A stretch of DNA of 64,000 nucleotides from Styela clava (lineage: Eukaryota): NCBI RefSeq assembly GCF_964204865.1, contig NC_135264.1, positions 15,128,001 through 15,192,000 on the forward strand. The letters are read 5' to 3'. Below, in pieces: positions 52,801 to 61,800 of this stretch; the first letter of the stretch is position 1; each line of letters starts with the position of its first letter. The notes below the pieces were generated by a model. The model saw only the letters and a list, made by a program, of their open reading frames with translations. It did no database searches and was not told where the DNA came from. A program made the position numbers and the translations under genes.

Positions 52801-55800
52801 GTACACAACCCGAGTTCAGGTTGTGCGCCATCTTGGTGCGCATACCTCAGGAGGTCCAAAAGAAGACTTTCTAAATCTGTTTTCAAACTTTCCTGATTGG
52901 GGACCCCTTTTAAAGACTTTCAAACACTTGTATACATCTGCGCCAAGTTTCGTTTTGATAAGTTTCCATTCGTTATTTTATGCACAGTTTTGCAAAAATC
53001 TCTAGTTTTTGAAATGTATTGTTAATATGTAAAGCTATAAGTTTATAGTCATGTAAACCAATGGTTCTCAGTCTTTTAACTCTTGTGGCTCATCACTGTA
53101 TAAAGAACCTTAGGCCGACACAATGCACGTTGAGGAACACCGCTGTAAACGGTGTGGCAGCCTTTAGATTGTCAGTATTTGTACGCGTATTTTCTCGGTT
53201 AGTTTTTTAGGTGGGAGGATCATTGATAGCAAGCCAGGGAAAGTTAGTTTTCAGTAAATCGTTCAAGAATAGTGTAAAATGGAGTTGGAAAAAACGTAAG
53301 AATTTATGTCTCACTACCAATGCCACAAAACGTTTTCTGTTTTTAGTCTTTGGATCTAGCCCTTGTTGCATGAGAAGACAATTTATGCGTCGGCGACCCG
53401 GTAATGCCCGTATTGTGGGTGGAAACGATATGAATAGAAACGCTCCTCCCGCCGCAAAAGTGGGGACTTCTACCAAAACAAGAAGTTTCTTTCCCGAATC
53501 GTGGATTTGAGCGAATGAATACATGGGGTTAGGATTCTCGATGGTTGTTAGTTGTCTGCTTCTGGCTTGTCTATGCTTGTACTATTACGACAAGCAGTAA
53601 TGCTGCATGCGTTTTTTTTTCGAACAACTCAAGTTGTTTTCACATTGTAGAATATAAAATAAATACAAAAAAAACAGGAATAAAACATAATGAAACAATG
53701 TTAAATTCACTGTTATGTAAAACGTAATAAATAAGTCATAAGGTGACCCACGAAAAAATTGTTACCATGTCATTGCGGAACACATTATAGGGCAAGAGTG
53801 GAAAATTGCTTTTCTAAAGGGGCCACGCAAATATAATATACTTGGGAGGCTACTGGGAAGACGTTCAAAAATCGATATGAAGCTGTGAAGCTGTAAAAAA
53901 CATTTTTTTTGCAAATAACTGGACTCGATAATAATCGCATGTCTGCTCATTTCACTGATGTAATACAATAGGTTTTAGTTAAAATTTATAGCCATAAAAA
54001 CAGTAGTAGTAATTTAGTCGGGCACAAGAGGGCAGGATGAAACCCTTCGGTGGGCCGGATTTGGCCCGCGGGCCCCAATTTGACCATCCTTGTTTTAAAA
54101 AGAACATAACTTGTTTTTACATTTAACTATCTTCATTACGAGTCTTGTGTGCATAGAATAAACATACTGAGTTAATATATGATTCAATATATAGTCAATA
54201 TGATGCCTAAGTTTAATATAAATCTTACCTAGAAAAAGCGCGAAGCGAACTGCGACTGCATGAGTTGAGGTGGCCTAAATGCCAGGCAGGTACCTTAGTT
54301 TTAGATCAAAATAGTAAACTTGCGTTAAGGAAGTACACATGCATAAAATTCAGACAGGAAAGAAATCACTATAGGGCGTAGAACGAGAATTGTATTAGTG
54401 AAATTTGTACTTTTTTGCAATGGGTTACTTATTATTTCAAAGTTCCAATGCATCCATGGATGCTTTTCCGCCTCGGAGGCCCTGGACCAGAATCGGCAAT
54501 GGCGATGGCGGGACAGCCTGGTATGGCGGGACAGCCTGGTATGGCGGGACAGCCTGCGCCACCACCTTCCCAACCTGGACAACCTGGAGGGTCTCAGCCA
54601 ACTAAAGCTCGGAGCTACTTCCCAGAATCTTGGATTTGGACAGAGGAGCTTGTGGGGTTAGGAATTATTTTAAACATAATTGTCTTGCAACCTGGCATGT
54701 TTTAAAAATCATCATTTTATTTTTGTTCTGTGATTAGCTAAAAGTTTTATAAAATGCCACGCCTACTTTTTGAAACGCTCAACTAACCAAATTATTGCCT
54801 AACGCATTACGCAATCGGTGCTGGTGACGTAATATTACTAAATAAATCAAAAAAGGAACATGTTGTTTTGAGTCCGATTCATCAGAGAAATCGTTCTTAA
54901 AATGTTGAATCTCTTCACCGCATGTATTACATTACTGAAGAACATTTATAATTGCGATATATAATATTTAGAAATACGTGATTTGGTGGAGACTAGAAAC
55001 TTCGTTTTCGGGCCTTGTTTGAACACATTGCTTCTTTTCGAAAAATTTCATAACATTAATTAACAAACGAAGGATATATTTCACATTGTGTAACACATAG
55101 TAATCAGCGGAAAACCCCGTGCTTTAGGCACAATGTACAGACTTCTTATGATTGAACGTAGCGTTTCTTATTATTATATGCTCACGAATCTGATATCACA
55201 AAAATAGGAAATCTCTAATATGTGATGAGTCCATATATATGCCTCAAAGTAAAGAGGTAGTCTTGAGGATAGTCTTGAATACATTATAAAATATAATTGG
55301 TCCACTCAAACACAGCACATCCGGTCCATATTAACTTTAAACAGAATTTGCATGTTTTTTTTTCATTTGCGAGCAATCAAAAATCATACGTTAATAACTC
55401 ATGCCGATTTCGTTTATTTTTTATTTTTTGCTCATGGGACAAAAATACTTGACACTATTAAAAATGATCAGAAACTTTATCTAAATTACACAAAAATTCG
55501 AATATCAGAATACAATAGAGATCATTTAGAAGGTAACAAACACGTCTTAAATTCGTCTTACCAAGTAAGGCGGCTTATTTACGGGCATCGGTAATATTTT
55601 GTGTTTGACGGTAAACTAATCAAATGATTGAATATTATATATGTAATCTTATACGCAGAGTATGGTATATGTTACAAAAACAAACTGAGTTAGTTTTGAG
55701 CAAATAGGAATCTGTAACGTAAATATCAAATAACCAGAAAAAAATCATCAAAATTAGCGTATAAATTAGTTACAAACAGTAATACAGACTGAGAGTCAGA

Positions 55801-58800
55801 TGTAGAGTCTTTATATTGTTTATTTTGTTTCCTCGTTGTATAGGAATCGTTGTTTTGTAGTAACTAGTTTTTGTCTTTTTTTTATAATTTTGTTAGGTTG
55901 AGCCAAGTTAGTGAGTGATGAATAAAATTTCGCGCGCTCATATTGTTTACTCATGAATGAGTGTGTGTCAATTAGCTTGGGATAAATTCTGGTAGAGCAA
56001 CCAAAGATTATTCTGTTATGCTCTTATATTCAGCTTTTTACAGTACGATACGGTAGTATCTATATTCGAAATGTAATCATAAAGATATTTACGTATTTAT
56101 TTAATTAGATGCGAGCCGGTACGTTCAAAATATGTACAACCTTCGTAGTCGTGAGGCTTAAACTCAATACTCTATATCGCTATCTCGTGGTCAGAAAAAT
56201 ATCAGATTTTAAAATATTCTAATCTCTGACGACCTTTTCACATCTTTTCAAAGTTGGAGAATTCTATTATTACGACGGTCCAGTAGGATTGGCAGGTGTA
56301 AATTTCAGAGGGATGGCGGAGGTCGATTTTGAAATGCTTGCAGATTATTCGATGGACTTTGACATGGACGACGCTGATGGATTTGCAGGGAGTTCCCAGC
56401 AATTAGGCTCCAAAACAAGGAGTTATTTTCCAGAATCTTGGATTTGGACTGACAGTAAAACGGGGTTTGTGATCTGTGTTATTAATCAGCAAAATCGCCC
56501 GACATGCGAATGGGTGGTGTCATTGAAATAGAAATCACTGAATATTTTGGGATGTCAGAAACATGTTGTTCTATAATTTTAACATTTGGTTTGTTTATTT
56601 TGGCAAGTTGTAAATGAAGTATGCAAAAAATACTGGTAGATTCCTAAAAATGGGGTTGACTTGTTCTATTAATCTCCATACCGACATGCTGAGACCTCTG
56701 TACCACATAATAACACTCTTTTTTGACTAATTGGTGAATTAATTGATTGAAGATCACATCAAATCTTCAGTTATGATTAACCATTGAATTAACTGAAAAA
56801 TTCGATACTAATTTACCTCAAATACCACTAAGGTTGTGAATCCCAAAACAAGAACACACATGTCGTGTAGGATTACATACGCATTCTGGCATTTGTATAG
56901 AATCATTTAACAGCAGAAAAGATCACAATGTTTCGAAAGTTGAATTTGAACTCCCGTATGCGCGATCTACTTGTCGGCGGTTTGTTTTTTGGGCGTTCTT
57001 GGAATTTCATGATAGTCAGCGAACTCGTTTCTAGACCCATGACCTACATTGATTTCTCGTTGTTAGCGAGTCCTACACAAAAGAGAACCTGTTACAAGAT
57101 TTTTGAATCCCAGCACTGGTGGACTATTTGTTGATCGACAATTAGAATATATAACATAATTTCCTCATTTTGGTCTCTGACTTCATTTATTATGGTAATC
57201 TGATATATATCTGATATGGCCAAATCCTGCCAGTTCGGTAATTCAATCTGGCCCGCTCGATACTGCCGCAACCAAACTGAAAACAGATTTTGATATTTGA
57301 GCTAAAAATAGCTCAAGAATTTTATTGAGATTTCGATTAAATTTAGTTTTGTCACGAGGCTTATTGTTTTCCACTTTTCTTTTTGTAACGCTGTAACTAT
57401 TTTTCATAAAATGTATCTTTTACATCACACTCACATGGCCCGCCAGTCTTGGTGGGCAAAATTTTTGGCCCTTGATCCAAAAACTTTGCCTACCCCTGCC
57501 TATATCCATGCTCATAGTATCATATCAACAGATTATCGATCAAGGCCAAACAATACGTCCCTTTGCACGTAAATTCAGAATTGGAACCTCGCGTTCGCCC
57601 TCCTTTTTGTACAGACTAGAGATAGAAAACAGCTGAAGGTTTAGCTTAGAGAAAGATCTAGTTCTGTCCAGAATTGCAAAAATTGTACAGGTTACCACAG
57701 CACCACAGCTTTATCTAAATTTGAAAAGGAAAAGTTTATTATCTTTACCAAACTAGAAAACACACTACACGCACACATACATATGTATACAAAGTTTTCA
57801 GTAAAAAACTGAGTAAGCAACGTTTCAGGGTTATCGTAGTCTGTTATCATAACGTCTGTTTCCGACATTGAATTAATAAATTTGCCCCCTTGCAAGGATA
57901 ATTATTTATTATCATTTATCAATTTATTTGAAGACCCCTTTGGCGGATTGGAAGGAAACGGTTTTCACTTTTTCCCTTCGGTTCCCATGGCTCTTGCGAG
58001 GACGGAATCCAGAATCGTTGGATCCAATAAGCAGTCCGGAGCTTCAAAAACTCGAAGCTATTTTCCGGAGTCATGGATATGGACTGATGACCATACAGGG
58101 TTAGCTTGAAATTCGAAATACATTCTTCGCATGCAATGTGTGCTTTATATTATCGTGCATGTGCCGACTTATTTTGCACGATCCGCCTCAAAGGCCTATC
58201 GTGTCCACTAGCGCATACACCAATGCTCATCCTTTTTCTTAAATGTTGCTATGACTTACTTTGTATATCACAATTTGTAATTTGGCGTAGAATGTCGATA
58301 TTATGACTTCACACTTTTGGTATGTGACGTCCCTCTTTGGTATTATGATATCACAGTTTTGTTTTATGATGTCACGTTTTGTGATATGACGTCACGCTTT
58401 GAGTGTTCTACTTTTTGTCAGAATGTAAAAGTTATCCCAATTATTTGCTCAATGCATTTATTCTATGATTTAGTATAATACAGTATAGGTTCAGTTATAC
58501 TGGGGGAAATTATTTACCGTATATCATTACCGGTAATTATACAGGGTGTCTAAAAATTCGCCTGATTTTATAGTAATAACAATTGTAAGTTTAAATAAAT
58601 TTTATTGTATGATAAAAGAGAATTACAAGCACAATAAGAACTATTAATAAAAACATCATTTGTGTCGTGCCGACACAAATGCTAATATATCCGAAATGTG
58701 CATTTTTGCTCTGAAACGTTCATATGGATGTAAAATAGAATAGTATTTGAATCGTGACGGACGGAGAGTCACAGCCGTGCATAAATTGTTTTGAAAATAG

Positions 58801-61800
58801 TTGTATTTTGGAAACTGAGAAAAAGAAAAGATATTTGATGTATGTTTACTTCAGTAGTCAGCACTGGGGGGGAATTAGTAATGCCCATCGTAATAGTCAG
58901 GCTTATGACTTTGATAATGTTTTATGCAGCTGGCATCTTTACAGATTAGTTACAGATTAGCTTGAAAACCAACAACTAAAATTACGATCTCGCTAAATCT
59001 TTCTTGTGTTTAATAATATTTCTCTCTAGGGGGCCATGGTCGACCAATGCCAATGATGATGGCTATGAACGCTGCGCCTATGCTTAGGTCGGCAGTGCCG
59101 GTAATGAAAGGAGCCTTTCGGCAATCGTCGACTAAAGTTCGAAAGTACTTTCCTGAAACATGGATATGGGCTGAAAAGAGTTTAGGGTTTGTTTGTAGAA
59201 AAAACATGAATAGACAAATGGTCTGGTCTGGTTTAGCACGATTTTGACCTTCACATCAAATAACAGCAACGACACTGTGCTTTTGCGTAATGGTCATGCT
59301 TCAATGAATTTTAATAATAGTTGTGTAACCTAAATATAATTCAGGTTGTGAGACAAGTTGCATTCTTTTGCATGAATAGAAAAGTTTGTATCTGGGCACA
59401 AAAACAGGCTGCAAGACCTTAAATGCAATTTTACTTTTAAATCTTTTCAGGGAGACATGGACCAATAATGTTTAAAACATTGGAGTTTGCACGAATGATG
59501 TTAGGAAGTTCCTTTACCAAATCTGCACAAAGTATTGTTAAAGTTCGGAAATATTTCCCAGAAACTTGGATCTGGACAAATGACACCATAGGGTTGGTTC
59601 GAGGGTGTAGTGTGATCATGAATCATGTAATACCATTATTATTAGGGGCGTCCACCACAGATATTTCAAGGGGGGAGGTGCAAATCTGCAAATGACTTAC
59701 TTCTTTTGGGTTGGTCAGCTGGACGCCCATGGTTTGAACATCCTTAACCCAATAATCCTTATCATCCTAACTTGTCATGTTAGTGTAAATTTATCCCTGA
59801 TTACATTGAATGGTTTGGAATGTAATAAACTCATGATGGGGTTGGACCAAAAAACACGAGGGCATGCATAACGATTTTGAGTTTCAAATAATCCTATTTG
59901 CCAGTTGGTTCCGTGCTCGAGAATGCAACTTGTCAATTATCTGGACAGTAGTTGAACTAGGTGATTGCAGTTAGCTATGTACTGTGTGCAGCTGTAGTTT
60001 TGTTTTGTAGTATCATTAGAGAAATCATATCATTTGAACTTTTCCATACTCAATAATTTCATCCTCATTCATTCATTTCTGTAGTTGTATGTTAACATGT
60101 CTGATTGTAGAGTTTGTCATTACTGTATTAACATAGAAAATGTGACTTTCATCTTTCCATGTTGAAAGAAATGTACTGAGTAGTTTTTCTTTGTTTGTGA
60201 AATGCTGCCTACAATTTCAAGTTATGGTTCGAAATTAGTACAGCAGAAAAGTGTTGACGAAAAGATGAAAAGGGTAAATTGTAGTCATGCAATTTTAGAA
60301 GGTTAATATGTGTGAGTGACTGTTTTTAAAATGTTTCTTTGAGGAGAAGACATATTGTAGACTTGGCTACTAAAATTGATGTTCTTGTTTTTATTGTAAA
60401 GTTAGTGTTATATCGATCAGTTATTAAGAACCTTACTGGTAGAAAAATTTGTATGAAACATTGCTATAATGGAGTTGAGTGTTCATGTTCTCCAAACTAA
60501 AGTGGATTTGGGCATAGCAAGTTGGGCATGTCTAGAGCATAGCTTAGCCGAAATTGAATCGCATTATTTACAGATGTACACACCATGTACAGCGAGTACA
60601 GGTGTTTAAAGTGAAGTGTTCTTTTTTTTAAAGTCAACTACTTCTGGCTTGAAGAAGACGCGCAACATGTAATGTTTGCCATGGCGACAGATGATGGAGC
60701 TCCAGTCAATAAAGTATTAGTAGATCAAGGCTCAGCGTCTACCCCTTCAGTAACAAGAAGTTTTTTTCCTGAATCTTGGATTTGGACAGATAGTCAGATA
60801 GGGTGGGAATATGTGTGAAGTGTGTTATACTTTTCAAAGTTTGTCTTGTGTGTTTTGACAGTCTTCCGAACCCCACGAGTCTTTGAGTCTTGTTTCATCA
60901 TTTTTGTGATGTTACCTGGCAATTAGATATACCTCCAGTTTCCTAACCTACTGTCTACATGTCAAATCAGCAGCAGAAAAGGTCCTTCAAGTGATGTTTG
61001 CGGAATTTATAAACATTTATATAAACATCACTAATTCTAAATGTAGCTGTATAAACTATGTAATGCTCTCAAATATCCAGTTTGGTATAGCAACACTTAC
61101 ATCCATAGACATAGACTCACTAAATTCATTTTTACATTTCGTTTTAAAAAGCAATTCCATATACTTACATCTACATAAATATGATCTCAAACATTCTATT
61201 TGCTCAGGTATTTTCAGAGATTATCGCTTTCGTGTGTCACCAACTAAGGCTTAAAGTACTTGCAACCTTTTTTACAGCCATACATTCATAACAACCCTGT
61301 CTATAATATATACGCCTTAAACATTTTAAAGACAATTTTTTCTTACTAGTTAATTTAACTACTTAAATTAAATACTTGTGATCCTGCTAATAATAAAATA
61401 GCTCGGAAAAAGCTCACAATGCGATCCAAGTGTTATATTAACCTTACAGATACACAGATTTCACTGTTCAAGCAATAACCTTCGACTCTCATATTTCTCC
61501 TTCGTCATCCTTCTACTATGAAAAGCATTGGTTTAATAACGTTCGCCTAGCTTACACAATAAGTTGCGCTTACATGTTACTTACTGCAAATCTGCGCTAA
61601 ATACTACAAATCTGCGCTAAATACTGCAAATCTGCGCTAAATACTGCAAATCTGCGCTAAATACTGCAAATCTGCGCTAAATATCGCTGCTTCAAGCTCG
61701 CATATATCTTCTTCTTCCTTGTAGCTAGGCTGTAAATGAACAAAACCCTCTATCTTTGTCAGAAAAACATCTATTACTCGTTACATTCATTCCACAATTC

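Noticed and set aside
53508-53510. TGA read as Trp (alternative genetic code) or selenocysteine
   Set aside because: This is a nuclear spliced gene in which every other Trp is TGG; a single G>A change is the simpler explanation, and there is no evidence for recoding.
45979-60802. Reading the repeated FPESWIW-coding blocks with variable neighbours as a CRISPR-like repeat/spacer array or as separate small genes
   Set aside because: The repeats vary at synonymous positions, are irregularly spaced over kilobases and are bounded by in-phase splice sites within a eukaryotic gene. There are no cas genes and no consistent start or stop codons of their own.
45979-60802. Cassettes as constitutive tandem exons of a repeat protein
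   Set aside because: Phase 1-in/phase 2-out exons cannot be joined to each other in frame, and A2M-family proteins have a single FPETWIW strand.
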